DNA of 64,000 nt. Origin: an uncultured Bacilli bacterium. Lineage in GTDB: Bacteria; Bacillota_I; Bacilli_A; RF39; UBA660. Positions 1 through 9,430 of the stretch are shown here, in pieces; position 1 is the stretch's first letter; every line of letters begins with the position of its first letter. Under the pieces are notes generated by a model. The model was not told the origin of the DNA. It saw only the letters and a program-made list of their open reading frames with translations, and searched no databases. The DNA lies in NCBI GenBank assembly GCA_944358305.1, contig CALVQK010000005.1, positions 16,385 through 80,384 of the forward strand, given 5' to 3'. A program made the position numbers and the translations under genes.

Positions 1-2016
1 TTTGTTTTAGAAATAAAACAAGTAAGCGATGTTAATAATTTAAAAGAGATATATGATGTTATAGATGATGAAGTAATACTAAATAAAGAATTATTAGAAT
101 TAGGACAGTATTTACATAAAACAACTCTTGCATCCTTAATTAGTTGTTATCAAGTTATGCTTCCTAAAGCTTTAAAAGCTAGTATTAAAAGTAATGTTAA
201 TAAAAAATATAGAAAAGTTTATTATTTGAATGATTTTTCTAATAAGAAAATAACGGAGAAACAACAAAAAGTTATAGATTTATTTAAAGATAAGGATAAA
301 TTGAATCGAGATGAGTTGAAAGATGTTTCTTTATCTATTCTTAATACTTTGGTAAAGAAAGATATTTTAAGAGTAGAGGAAGAGGAAGTTTATAGACTAG
401 ATTATGAGAAAAAAGATCAAAAAATAAAAAAACTTACATCTTTGCAAGAGTCATGTGTTAATAATATCTTAAGTACGGAAAAATTAGTCTCTTTACTTTT
501 TGGAGTTACTGGTAGTGGTAAGACGGAAGTATATATGGAGTTAATAGCTAGATATCTTGAGAAAGGTCTTAAGAGTATTGTTTTAGTACCGGAAATATCT
601 TTAACACCTCAACTAATTAAGAGGTTTCAAGAAAGATTTGGAGAAAGAATAGCTTTGTTACATAGTTCTTTATCTGATGGAGAAAAGTATGATGAATATA
701 GACGAATTGTAAGAGATGAAGTTGATATTGTAATAGGTGCTAGAAGTGCTGTTTTTGCACCTATTAAAAATCTGGGCCTTATTATTATAGATGAGTGTCA
801 TAGTGATGCTTATAAACAAGAAAATAATCCTAGGTATAATGCTAAAGAAGTAGCGATAAAACGAGCAGAAGTAAATAATGCTAAAGTTGTTTTAGGTAGT
901 GCTACACCAATGCTTGAAGAATATGCTAGAAGTTTAAAGAATGTTTATAATCTTGTAACTTTAAAAAGTAGGGTTAATGGCAGTTTGCCTAAAGTAGAGT
1001 TAATTGATATGAATAAAGAAATTAAACGGTCTAAAGGGCATTTTTCGCTACCTTTAATTAAAGAAATTAATAGTGTTATCGAAAAGGGCGAGCAAGTAAT
1101 ACTTTTGTTAAATAGAAGGGGATATTCATCTTTTGTTACTTGTTCTAATTGTGGAGAGAGTATTAAATGCCCTAACTGCGATATTACTTTAACATATCAT
1201 AAAAGCAGTAATATTTTAAGATGTCATTATTGTGGTTATGCTACTAAATATCAGGTTACTTGTCCTAGTTGTCATGAGAATTCTTTAAAGGATTTAGGAG
1301 TAGGCACTGAAAGAATCGAAGAAGAGCTTAATACTATTTTTCCTAATTATAAAGTAATTAGAATGGATGTTGATACTACTAGTAGAAAAGGGGCTCATAA
1401 GAAAATGATAGATGCTTTTAGTAGGAGGGAAGCAGATATTTTACTTGGAACGCAAATGGTTGCCAAAGGACTTGACTTTCCTAATGTTACTTTGGTGGGA
1501 GTTATTAATGCGGATACCTCTTTAATGTTACCTGACTTTAGAAGTAGTGAGAAAACTTTTGCTTTGCTTAATCAAGTAGCAGGAAGAGCGGGTAGAAGTT
1601 TAAAACCTGGTAAAGTTATATTTCAAACATATAATGAAGACCATTATGCCATTAAATATGCAAAAGAAAATGATTATGAATCTTTTTACAAAGAGGAAAT
1701 GAAAGCAAGAAAACTAATGAAATATCCACCATATTATTATTTGGTTTCTTTAAATATATCTAGTAAAGATAGTAAACAAGCTTTGATAGAAGCAAAAAAA
1801 TGTGAAAAGGTTTGTCTTAAATATTTAGATAAAACTATTATATTAGGACCTAGTCCTGCTACTGTATTTAAAAAACAAAATATTTATCATTATCAGTTAA
1901 TACTTAAATATCAGTATCAAGATAATATATATGAGGTATTAGAGAAATTAGTAGAATATTATGTATCTATTAGTAAAGTTAATTTAGAAGTTGATTTTAA
2001 TCCTATTCATTTGTAG
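1..2016 (+). CDS. priA: Primosomal protein N' (PriA helicase), 5'-partial. Reading frame is open from base 1 with no stop before the annotated M at 157.
   Basis: Walker A GVTGSGKTEVY, DExH-like IIDECH, Cys-rich zinc motifs CSNCGE..CPNCD..CHYCG..CPSC, helicase C-terminal motifs. The frame upstream of 157 is stop-free to the window edge. Confidence 0.9.
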   Translation, partial: FVLEIKQVSDVNNLKEIYDVIDDEVILNKELLELGQYLHKTTLASLISCYQVMLPKALKASIKSNVNKKYRKVYYLNDFSNKKITEKQQKVIDLFKDKDKLNRDELKDVSLSILNTLVKKDILRVEEEEVYRLDYEKKDQKIKKLTSLQESCVNNILSTEKLVSLLFGVTGSGKTEVYMELIARYLEKGLKSIVLVPEISLTPQLIKRFQERFGERIALLHSSLSDGEKYDEYRRIVRDEVDIVIGARSAVFAPIKNLGLIIIDECHSDAYKQENNPRYNAKEVAIKRAEVNNAKVVLGSATPMLEEYARSLKNVYNLVTLKSRVNGSLPKVELIDMNKEIKRSKGHFSLPLIKEINSVIEKGEQVILLLNRRGYSSFVTCSNCGESIKCPNCDITLTYHKSSNILRCHYCGYATKYQVTCPSCHENSLKDLGVGTERIEEELNTIFPNYKVIRMDVDTTSRKGAHKKMIDAFSRREADILLGTQMVAKGLDFPNVTLVGVINADTSLMLPDFRSSEKTFALLNQVAGRAGRSLKPGKVIFQTYNEDHYAIKYAKENDYESFYKEEMKARKLMKYPPYYYLVSLNISSKDSKQALIEAKKCEKVCLKYLDKTIILGPSPATVFKKQNIYHYQLILKYQYQDNIYEVLEKLVEYYVSISKVNLEVDFNPIHL

Positions 2017-2311
2017 AATAAAAATATCTTTTATGATATTGTAAATATGTAAGAGAAATTTCATAAATAAAAAAAGAGAGCATTCAATGTCTTAAGTGTT
2101 GAGTGCTTCTCTTGTAACGGGTTCGCACCTAATTAAACAGAGTGTGTTTGTTAGGTGCTTGATTTTTGTTTTATATGAATATTATTTAAATTAGATCTGA
2201 CTATTCAATAAAGTCGAATAAATTATTAATGACAATTTATGGTAAAACATTGCAATGATTCTTGACATTATTTCTTATAATAAGTAGAATATTAAAGCAT
2301 TTTAAGAAAGG

Positions 2312-2902
2312 ATGATTAGATTGAATATTAATGATTTTAGATATAAGGAATGGAGAGAATTATTAGAAAACGAATATGGTAGGGATTATATGATGGCTGT
2401 AGCTAAGTTAAGTGCTAAAGATGCTTATACTGCAGAAGGGTCTTTAAAGAAGGCTTATACTTTAACAGAAGCTGAACATATTGCTTTACTTAAACATCAT
2501 GAGGAGCCATATAGAAGGTTTCTTGACGATGTTTCTAAATATACTAAAGAAGTAGCAGAGCTATATAAATATAATCAAGGTAAAGATGTAACTTGGGAAA
2601 TAGTTGGTGTAGACTATAATGGAGTATTTTTAGTAGAAAAATATGGCGTTGCAGTGTATAAGCAAGCTAATGATGAAGTACCATATAAACCATATAGTAA
2701 TGAACGAGATTTTTTAAATGCTAATAGAAAGTTAGGCCATTTAGTGCATGAGGGTATATCTGCTTCTTCAGTAATTGATTTAGACTTATTACAAAAATCG
2801 CTTGCTAGTAAAGGGATTCCTTCTTATATTGATTATGAAGAAAAAGTTTTCCATTTTAATGCTATTAACCATGTTAAAAAGAAGACGCAAGATATAGGTT
2901 AG
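2312..2902 (+). CDS. Hypothetical protein (196 aa), flanked on both sides by similar ~150-nt two-hairpin intergenic modules.
   Basis: ORF with an RBS-like aagaaaggatg upstream. No recognisable motifs. Confidence 0.4.
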   Translation: MIRLNINDFRYKEWRELLENEYGRDYMMAVAKLSAKDAYTAEGSLKKAYTLTEAEHIALLKHHEEPYRRFLDDVSKYTKEVAELYKYNQGKDVTWEIVGVDYNGVFLVEKYGVAVYKQANDEVPYKPYSNERDFLNANRKLGHLVHEGISASSVIDLDLLQKSLASKGIPSYIDYEEKVFHFNAINHVKKKTQDIG

Positions 2903-3055
2903 ATACTTGCATAAACATAACATTTATGATATTATGAATATGTAAAGAAAATTTGCATAAACTAAAAAAGAGGAACATTTGATTTGCTAGCGAATGTCTC
3001 CTCCGTTTAATTAGGTTTGGACACTCTTCTCAAAAGTTGATTAGAGTGTCGTTAT

Positions 3056-3139
3056 TTATATTTTAATTGCAAGTATTAATAAAGCAAGACTAATTAGGAT
3101 AAGAGGAAGTTGTTTTAATATAAAAGTTTTTAACTTCAT
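3056..3139 (-). CDS. Possible 27-aa hydrophobic peptide (MKLKTFILKQLPLILISLALLILAIKI).
   Basis: Strong SD aaaggaggtagaagg then ATG on the minus strand. A single TM-like peptide. A bidirectional terminator hairpin lies immediately downstream. Confidence 0.25.
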   Translation of the reverse strand: MKLKTFILKQLPLILISLALLILAIKI

Positions 3140-3322
3140 TTCCTTCTACCTCCTTTCTGGAGGTACGACACTCATATCAAATGTTCCTTGTACATATAGT
3201 ATCATATTGTAATCTATATAACAATCGAACAAGAGTTAATTTTAATTGTTAATTTATGGTAATAAAGGGTTTAGATATTCTAACTTCTTTTTTTTGACAT
3301 AAAATTTATTAGGTGATATTTT

Positions 3323-4033
3323 ATGTTGTTTAATTTATTTGATAGTTTAAGAGGCTTTTTTACTTTTACAGCTAGTTATTCTAATCAAGTTTTTAAAGAG
3401 CCACTATCAAAAGAAGATGAAGAAGAATGTATTAAAAAGATGGGAGAAGGTGATCTTTTAAGCCGTAATAAATTAATTGAACATAATCTTAGATTAGTTG
3501 CGCATATTGTTAAAAAATTTGATTATAAAAATGTTGATCAAGATGATCTTATTAGTGTGGGAACAATTGGCCTTATTAAGGGAGTAGATACTTTTGTTCC
3601 TAATAAAGGAAATCGTTTAACTACATACTGTGCTAAATGTATTCAAAATGAGATATTAATGTATTTTCGCGCTAATAATAAGAATAATAAAAATATATCT
3701 TTAAATGAACCAGTAGGTTTTGATAAAGAAGGGAATGAAATATCAATACTTGATGTTATAAAAGCACCTAGACCTGACTTTATAGAAGAAATTAATTTGA
3801 AAGACAATGTTAAACTCTTAAATGATTATTTAAAAGTTTTAAGTAAAAGAGAAAGAGAGATAATAGTTAAACGTTATGGCTTAGAAGGAAATGATTTTTG
3901 GACTCAGAAAATGATTGCAGATAAGCTTAATATTTCTAGAAGTTATGTATCGCGGATTGAAAAGAGAGCTTTAACTAAGATACTGAGAGAGTTTATTAAA
4001 AATAACAAGTATAATGATGAAGATTTCAGTTAA
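3323..4033 (+). CDS. sigK: Sporulation sigma factor, SigK-like (pro-sigma with an N-terminal leader).
   Basis: LIEHNLRLVAHIVKKF, DLISVGTIGLIKG, DKEGNEISILDV, ISRSYVSRIEKRAL match region 2/4 motifs of SigK-type sigma-70 factors. It has a short N-terminal pro-sequence. The gene appears intact. Confidence 0.75.
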   Translation: MLFNLFDSLRGFFTFTASYSNQVFKEPLSKEDEEECIKKMGEGDLLSRNKLIEHNLRLVAHIVKKFDYKNVDQDDLISVGTIGLIKGVDTFVPNKGNRLTTYCAKCIQNEILMYFRANNKNNKNISLNEPVGFDKEGNEISILDVIKAPRPDFIEEINLKDNVKLLNDYLKVLSKREREIIVKRYGLEGNDFWTQKMIADKLNISRSYVSRIEKRALTKILREFIKNNKYNDEDFS

Positions 4034-4093
4034 AAATATTAGTGTGTTGTTAATTATCTTTTAACTTGATATACTAATATTAGGAGTGAAATT

Positions 4094-5482
4094 ATGCAAA
4101 GGAAAATAAAGAAAAGACGTATTTCTAAAGGTACTATTTTTTTAAATGTTATTTTTAGTTTTGTATTTGTCTTTTTGTTTTTCCTTTTTTTATTTGTACC
4201 TAAGGTATATTTAAAGGGTGATTATATTGTTAATATTAATGTAGGATCTGTCTATCATGATAAAGGGGTTAAAACTTTAAAAAAGATAAAAACTATTAAT
4301 GAGGTTGATACATCTAAGATAGGAAGTTATGAAGTTAAATATATTTATAGAGATAATTTGTTTAAGTATAATTTTAGTAGAATAGTTAATGTTAAAGATT
4401 TAGAAAAACCTAAAATAGTTTTAGAAGGCGAAGATGTAGAATATTATTGTCCTAACGGAAAGTATCAAGAAAAAGGTTTTAAAGCTTATGACAATGTTGA
4501 TTTGGATATTACTGATAAAGTTAAGATAAAACATGAAAAAGATAACATTACTTATGAAGTTGAAGATAGTAGTGGTAATAGAACTAAAATTATAAGAAAA
4601 CTTAGAGAAGAAGATGTAGAAGCTCCTAGTATTAGTTTAAATGGTGATGATAATGTGTTTATTTCTCTTAATGAATCTTATAATGATACAGGCGTTTTAG
4701 TAACTGATAATTGCGAAGGCGATTTATCTTCTAAAGTTAAAGTAACTAATGAGGTTGATACGACTAAAATAGGCGATTATAAAGTTATTTATGAAGTAGA
4801 AGATAGTAGTAATAATAAGAGTAAAATAGAAAGAAATATTAAGGTTAGAGAGCCTTTAAAAGCTAATACAATTTATCTTACTTTTGATGATGGACCAAGA
4901 GATGGTACTACGGATAAGATATTAGATATTTTGAAAGAAAAAGATGTTAAAGCAACATTCTTTGTTACTAATAATGGTAGTGATCTTTTAATTAAAAGGA
5001 TTGTTACAGAAGGACATTCTATTGGTATTCATACAGCTAGTCATAAATATGATATTATCTATGCTTCAGCAGAAAATTATTTTAATGATTTAGAATTAGT
5101 CCAAAAAAGAATTTATGATAATACAGGTGTTGCTACAAAATTAATTAGATTTCCAGGTGGATCTAGTAATACTATTTCTAAAAAGTATAGTGAAGGGATT
5201 ATGAGTACTTTAACTAGAGAAACTTTAGATAAAGGTTATCAGTACTATGATTGGAATATTGATAGTGGTGATTCATCTTTTGCTACTAATTCTCATAAAT
5301 TATATAATAGTGTTATAAATAGTTTATCTCACGATAAGTATAATGTAATTTTAATGCATGATACAAAAACTTATACAAGAGATGCTCTTTCAAAAATAAT
5401 AGATTATGCTAAAAGTGAAGGATATAGTTTTGATGTTTTAGATATAAATAAAATGCCTTTAAGACAAAAGGTAAATAACTAG
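4094..5482 (+). CDS. Membrane-anchored polysaccharide deacetylase (NodB/CE4 domain) with two Ig-like repeat modules.
   Basis: N-terminal TM. Duplicated NEVDTSKIGSYEVKY / NEVDTTKIGDYKVIY modules. CE4 motifs TFDDGP and H-containing HSIGIHTASH. Confidence 0.75.
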   Translation: MQRKIKKRRISKGTIFLNVIFSFVFVFLFFLFLFVPKVYLKGDYIVNINVGSVYHDKGVKTLKKIKTINEVDTSKIGSYEVKYIYRDNLFKYNFSRIVNVKDLEKPKIVLEGEDVEYYCPNGKYQEKGFKAYDNVDLDITDKVKIKHEKDNITYEVEDSSGNRTKIIRKLREEDVEAPSISLNGDDNVFISLNESYNDTGVLVTDNCEGDLSSKVKVTNEVDTTKIGDYKVIYEVEDSSNNKSKIERNIKVREPLKANTIYLTFDDGPRDGTTDKILDILKEKDVKATFFVTNNGSDLLIKRIVTEGHSIGIHTASHKYDIIYASAENYFNDLELVQKRIYDNTGVATKLIRFPGGSSNTISKKYSEGIMSTLTRETLDKGYQYYDWNIDSGDSSFATNSHKLYNSVINSLSHDKYNVILMHDTKTYTRDALSKIIDYAKSEGYSFDVLDINKMPLRQKVNN

Positions 5483-5548
5483 AAAAACTTAAAAAAATAT
5501 TATATACTAGTTATAAGGGGTATAAAGAGTTATAGAGAGGTGTAGTCT

Positions 5549-6067
5549 ATGAGTAAATATTTACCTGATATTTATAGGAAGAATATTTTTGATATTGACT
5601 ATAATAAATTAAAGAAAAAGGGAATTAAATGTTTAATTTTTGATTTAGATAATACCTTAGCTTTAATTGATTCTGTTAAAGTAGATGTTAAAGTTAAAGA
5701 ATTAATTACTAAACTAAAAAAAGATTTCTTAGTAGTTATAGTATCTAATAGTCCTAAAAAACGAGTTTTAAAGTTTAGTAGTGATTTAGAAGTTGATTCT
5801 TATCCATTTGCATTAAAGCCTACTATTAGAACACTAAAGAAAATAAAATCTAAATATAATTTAGAATCTAAATCTATTGCAATTATAGGGGATCAATTTA
5901 TTACTGATATGGGATATGGCTATAAAGGAAAAATTACAAAAATATTTGTAGATCCTCTTGCTACTAAAGATTTAAAGATTACTAATGTTAATAGGTATTT
6001 AGAAGAAAAGATTATGAATAAATATGATAAAAATAATCTTTTCAAGAAAGGAAATTATTATGAATGA
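5549..6067 (+). CDS. yqeG: YqeG-family HAD phosphatase.
   Basis: LIFDLDNTL HAD motif I, IIGDQ motif. Sits in the conserved yqeG-yqeH pairing. Confidence 0.7.
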   Translation: MSKYLPDIYRKNIFDIDYNKLKKKGIKCLIFDLDNTLALIDSVKVDVKVKELITKLKKDFLVVIVSNSPKKRVLKFSSDLEVDSYPFALKPTIRTLKKIKSKYNLESKSIAIIGDQFITDMGYGYKGKITKIFVDPLATKDLKITNVNRYLEEKIMNKYDKNNLFKKGNYYE

Positions 6068-7064
6068 TGAGAAGTATTGTCTTGGATGTGGGGTTAAACT
6101 TCAAGACGAAAATGTTTTATCTGAGGGGTATACGACTAGTTTAGATAAAGATTATTGTCAAAGATGTTTTAGAATAAAAAATTATGGAGAGTATCAAGTA
6201 GTTACTAAGAGTAATGATGAATATATAGAGATTCTTAAAAGTGTAGGAGAAACTAAAGATTTAGTTCTTTATATAACAGATTTACTTAACTTAGAAGAAG
6301 ATCTTAAAAGAATAAGAGATATTATTCCTAATAAGATGATATTAGTTTTAAATAAAAAAGATGTTTTACCTAAGTCAGTAAAAGATGAAAAGATAATAGA
6401 GTATTTTAATAAGTATGATAATGAATTTTCTAAAGTAGTAGTTATAAGCAGTGAGAAAAATTATAATATAGATTATTTGTTAAAACAAATAAAACTATAT
6501 CAAACTACTAATAATGTTTATGTAGTTGGTCATACTAATGCAGGTAAGAGTACTTTGATTAATAAACTTTTGAGAAATTATTCTACTAGTGATAGAGAAC
6601 TTACTATATCACCACTTCCTTCTACTACTTTAAATACAGTTAAAATAGAAATTAATGAATATTTAACACTTATAGATACTCCTGGACTTCTTGATAGTGG
6701 TAGTATAGTTAATTATATAAATGATGATGATTTTAAGAAAATAAATCCTAAGAAAGAAATAAAGCCTAAGACTTTTCAAGTTAAGAAAGGGCAAAGTATT
6801 ATTGTTGATAAGTTTTTTAGGATAGATTATGTAGAAGGTGAGAAAAATAGCTTTACTTTTTATGTTTCTAATAATTTAAAAGTAAGAAGAATCTCTAGTA
6901 AGCATGATGATTTAAAAGATTTACAGAAAAGAACTTATGAGATGGGATATAATGAAGATTTATGTGTTAATGGGTTAGGCTTTATTAAGATGGTTAATAA
7001 GGGTACTGTTAATATTTATTTAGATTCTAGAGTGAGTACTTATAAAAGAGATAACTTAATTTGA
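6060..7064 (+). CDS. yqeH: Ribosome biogenesis GTPase YqeH. The ORF track start at 6024 is probably too long; ATG at 6060 is more likely.
   Basis: N-terminal zinc ribbon CLGCG..CQRCF, circularly permuted GTPase with NKKD then GHTNAGKSTLIN. Confidence 0.8.
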   Translation: MNDEKYCLGCGVKLQDENVLSEGYTTSLDKDYCQRCFRIKNYGEYQVVTKSNDEYIEILKSVGETKDLVLYITDLLNLEEDLKRIRDIIPNKMILVLNKKDVLPKSVKDEKIIEYFNKYDNEFSKVVVISSEKNYNIDYLLKQIKLYQTTNNVYVVGHTNAGKSTLINKLLRNYSTSDRELTISPLPSTTLNTVKIEINEYLTLIDTPGLLDSGSIVNYINDDDFKKINPKKEIKPKTFQVKKGQSIIVDKFFRIDYVEGEKNSFTFYVSNNLKVRRISSKHDDLKDLQKRTYEMGYNEDLCVNGLGFIKMVNKGTVNIYLDSRVSTYKRDNLI

Positions 7065-7242
7065 CAAGGAATTTTCCTTGTTTTTAGTGCGGATTCTATG
7101 TGTTAAAGAAAAGTGTAAATATGTCGAATATTTTTATTGAAAGGGTCTGCTTATTATGGTAATATTGAGTTAACTATAATAGAAAGAGGAGATATAAATA
7201 TAGAAATGAATATATTTTATCTTTTATTTATAAGGGCTTTGG

Positions 7243-9006
7243 GTGTTAGTCTTTATTAATATTATAGAGGAAGAAGGAGAGGTAAAAGTGAAAAGACGTG
7301 AGAATGTAGTAATAATAGTAATATTAGTGTTAATGCTAGTAGCAATAATAGGTGTAAGTTATGCAGCTTTTAGCTTTAGTCAGCAAGGTAATACACCAAA
7401 TACAATAACAACAGGATCAATAACAATGACATATACAGAAAGTGATAATAAAATAAGTTTGAATGGGGCCTTACCAACAACAGATAAGACAGGAACAGTA
7501 AGATTAACAGCAGGAGAATATTTTGATTTTAATGTTTCAAGTCAAATAACAGGTGATGTAAATATCAATTATGAGATAAGCGCAAAAGAAGTAGGAGATG
7601 GGACGATAGACGGTTCTAATATCAAACTTTATCTAACCAAACTTAATGATGATGGAACTGAAGAAGCCCTAATGGTACCAGAAGTATATAATGTAGAGGC
7701 TAATGCTAATGATTATACAGGTCGTCCTTCAGGAGAGATGAGTTTATATACAAGTAGCATGAACTCTAGTGAATCTAATAATTATAGACTTAGAATGTAT
7801 GTAGATGAAGGATATAATCCTCAAGGAGATGGAGGTAACCTAACCTTTACAGTACAGATAAATGTGTATGGAAAAGCAGGGGACAAGTATGTACCTGAGA
7901 CAACACAAGATATACTTGAAGATAATGAAGTACAAGTAGAAAAAACGCAGATGTTTGATTATGCCAGTAATGGTAGTTATTTAGAGTCTTTTACACAGCA
8001 AGCACCTCAATATGGAACTGATCCTAGTCAGATTACTAGTGGTGTTTATAGTATAGAAGATGCAGATGGAACAAGTTATTATTATAGAGGAAATGTAACA
8101 AATAATAATGTTCAATTCGGCGAATATACAGAAGATTATTATGTATATGATGATGGATATGGTTCTTATTATCAAAGCTTAGAAAGTTGTTTAGAAGCTA
8201 ATGGTGGTAGTGCAGATTGTACTCGAGTTAAGTTAGCGTCAGCTGGTGATAAAATGTACTGGAAGATAGTAAGAGTAAATGGGGATGGAAGCTTAAGACT
8301 AATATATAATGGAACAAGTGCAACACCTGATTTTAGTGATTTAGCTCATTCGTATGCAGTAGGAATAGCACCATATAATTTAGAGTATAACGATCCAAAA
8401 TATGCAGGATATACTTATGACAATGGAACAGATAGTTTTGCAAAAAGAGAAGTAGATACCTGGTACGAAAATTCCTTAGGAGATACAATATATGATAGTA
8501 AGGTAATGGGTGGAAGATTCTGTAGTGATAGTAGTGGCTATAAACTAGCTAGTGAATATGACTTAAATCCAGTTCTATTTGGAGGAGATATAGAAGGTAT
8601 ATATTTGTATTCAAGTTGGGGTGAAAGATTAGGAGGAAGAGTAAAAAATAGTTTTACAGTTAATACTCCGACATTGAGTTGCCCAGATACAGATGAAACA
8701 TATGGAGGAAGTTATAGACTAAAAGCGGGTCTTATTACAGCAGATGAGTTAGCTTTAGCAGGAGAAAGTTTTGGAGTTGTAGGCAATAGTTATTTAAATC
8801 CTGGCGATTTTGAAATGTATTACTGGACTATGACGCCGGCTGCGTTCACGTATGGTGATGCTTATGTTTGGAATGAGTATGTTAGTCTGTTTAACGGCAA
8901 TGTCGTCAACAGTGGTGACGCCGTGCGTCCAGTTATCAATGTGACAACTGATAACGGGTTTGCTAGTGGAGATGGAACTGCTAGTAGTCCATATGTAATT
9001 TCTTAG
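7243..9006 (+). CDS. Secreted TasA/camelysin-like protein with a SipW-cognate-type signal peptide and a DUF1566-like C-type-lectin-fold C-terminus carrying the DGR variable repeat. Likely true start is GTG at 7288.
   Basis: N-terminus KRRENVVIIVILVLMLVAIIGVSYAAFSF matches the SipW-cognate signal class (basic-hydrophobic-GxxYAxF). RBS aggagaggtaaaaGTG. C-terminus YYWTMTPAAF...NGNVVNSGDAVRPVIN resembles DUF1566-type DGR targets. VR lies at 8834..8932. Confidence 0.7.
   Translation: MLVFINIIEEEGEVKVKRRENVVIIVILVLMLVAIIGVSYAAFSFSQQGNTPNTITTGSITMTYTESDNKISLNGALPTTDKTGTVRLTAGEYFDFNVSSQITGDVNINYEISAKEVGDGTIDGSNIKLYLTKLNDDGTEEALMVPEVYNVEANANDYTGRPSGEMSLYTSSMNSSESNNYRLRMYVDEGYNPQGDGGNLTFTVQINVYGKAGDKYVPETTQDILEDNEVQVEKTQMFDYASNGSYLESFTQQAPQYGTDPSQITSGVYSIEDADGTSYYYRGNVTNNNVQFGEYTEDYYVYDDGYGSYYQSLESCLEANGGSADCTRVKLASAGDKMYWKIVRVNGDGSLRLIYNGTSATPDFSDLAHSYAVGIAPYNLEYNDPKYAGYTYDNGTDSFAKREVDTWYENSLGDTIYDSKVMGGRFCSDSSGYKLASEYDLNPVLFGGDIEGIYLYSSWGERLGGRVKNSFTVNTPTLSCPDTDETYGGSYRLKAGLITADELALAGESFGVVGNSYLNPGDFEMYYWTMTPAAFTYGDAYVWNEYVSLFNGNVVNSGDAVRPVINVTTDNGFASGDGTASSPYVIS
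8834..8932 (+). repeat. DGR variable repeat (VR) within the 3' end of CDS 7243..9006, ending in a GC-rich IMH-like 16-mer gacgccgtgcgtccag.
   Basis: 99-nt alignment to 9119..9217 with 18 mismatches. 17 of them fall at positions where the other copy has adenine. Confidence 0.85.
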
Positions 9007-9118
9007 ATAGAATGAGGCAAATGACTCTTCATTTGCCTCGGGGGATTAAACTGTATGTGATGCAGCGTTCTGCTTTGGTATGCTCGTTCGTTGGATCGCG
9101 GAGTGTGGTGAGTGTTCT

Positions 9119-9217
9119 CGCCGGCTGCGTTCAATAATGGTAATGCTAATGTATGGAATGAGAATGATAATCTGAATAACAACAATGTCAACAACAATAA
9201 TGACGCCGTGCGTCCAG
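9119..9217 (+). repeat. DGR template repeat (TR). It is non-coding, adenine-rich (AAT/AAC at the variable positions) and shares the GC-rich 3' 16-mer with VR.
   Basis: In-frame reading gives SPAAFNNGNANVWNENDNLNNNNVNNNNDAVRPD. AAY codons correspond to ACG/TAT/GAT/GTT/AGT/TTT/GGC/GTC/GGT in VR. Confidence 0.85.
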
Positions 9218-9400
9218 ATTCCTACTAAGGTTAGATTAGATCTAATGCCACCGCATTTTGTCGGCTACGGCTTGCAAATAGAGGAAGTTTGAATGGAAAC
9301 AAGTTTAATTCCCGGGTTATTCCCAAATATATAATATAGATGTTCATTGACTTAGAATAAAGTTCTTGGACTATCCCTATATTTCTTTTGATTATAAAAG

Positions 9401-9430
9401 ATAGTGCTAGTGTACTATCTTTTTTATATG
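9401..9430 (+). terminator. Rho-independent terminator about 185 nt downstream of TR (agatagt..actatct plus T-run).
   Basis: 7-bp stem, short loop, then tttttta. Confidence 0.5.

Noticed and set aside
3323-4033. sigK interrupted by a skin-like prophage element
   Set aside because: The ORF encodes a full-length sigma factor with regions 2 to 4 contiguous. There is no sign of interruption.
7981-8175. Minus-strand ORFs embedded in coding regions (7981..8175, 10208..10429, 10350..10646, 11200..11433, 23453..23710, 27517..27747, 28199..28387, 34961..35155, 35098..35292, 35650..36207, 36272..36523, 36937..37128, 37159..37419, 44987..45241, 46880..47080, 53028..53222, 58899..59108, 59934..60134, 61961..62155)
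   Set aside because: Each lies entirely antisense to, or in an alternate frame of, a well-supported gene. They have low-complexity Ile/Leu/Phe-rich translations typical of AT-rich antisense frames, and no RBS.
9003-9197. Minus-strand 64-aa ORF spanning the template repeat
   Set aside because: It overlaps the TR, which is better explained as a non-coding DGR template. The translation is His/Pro-rich noise.
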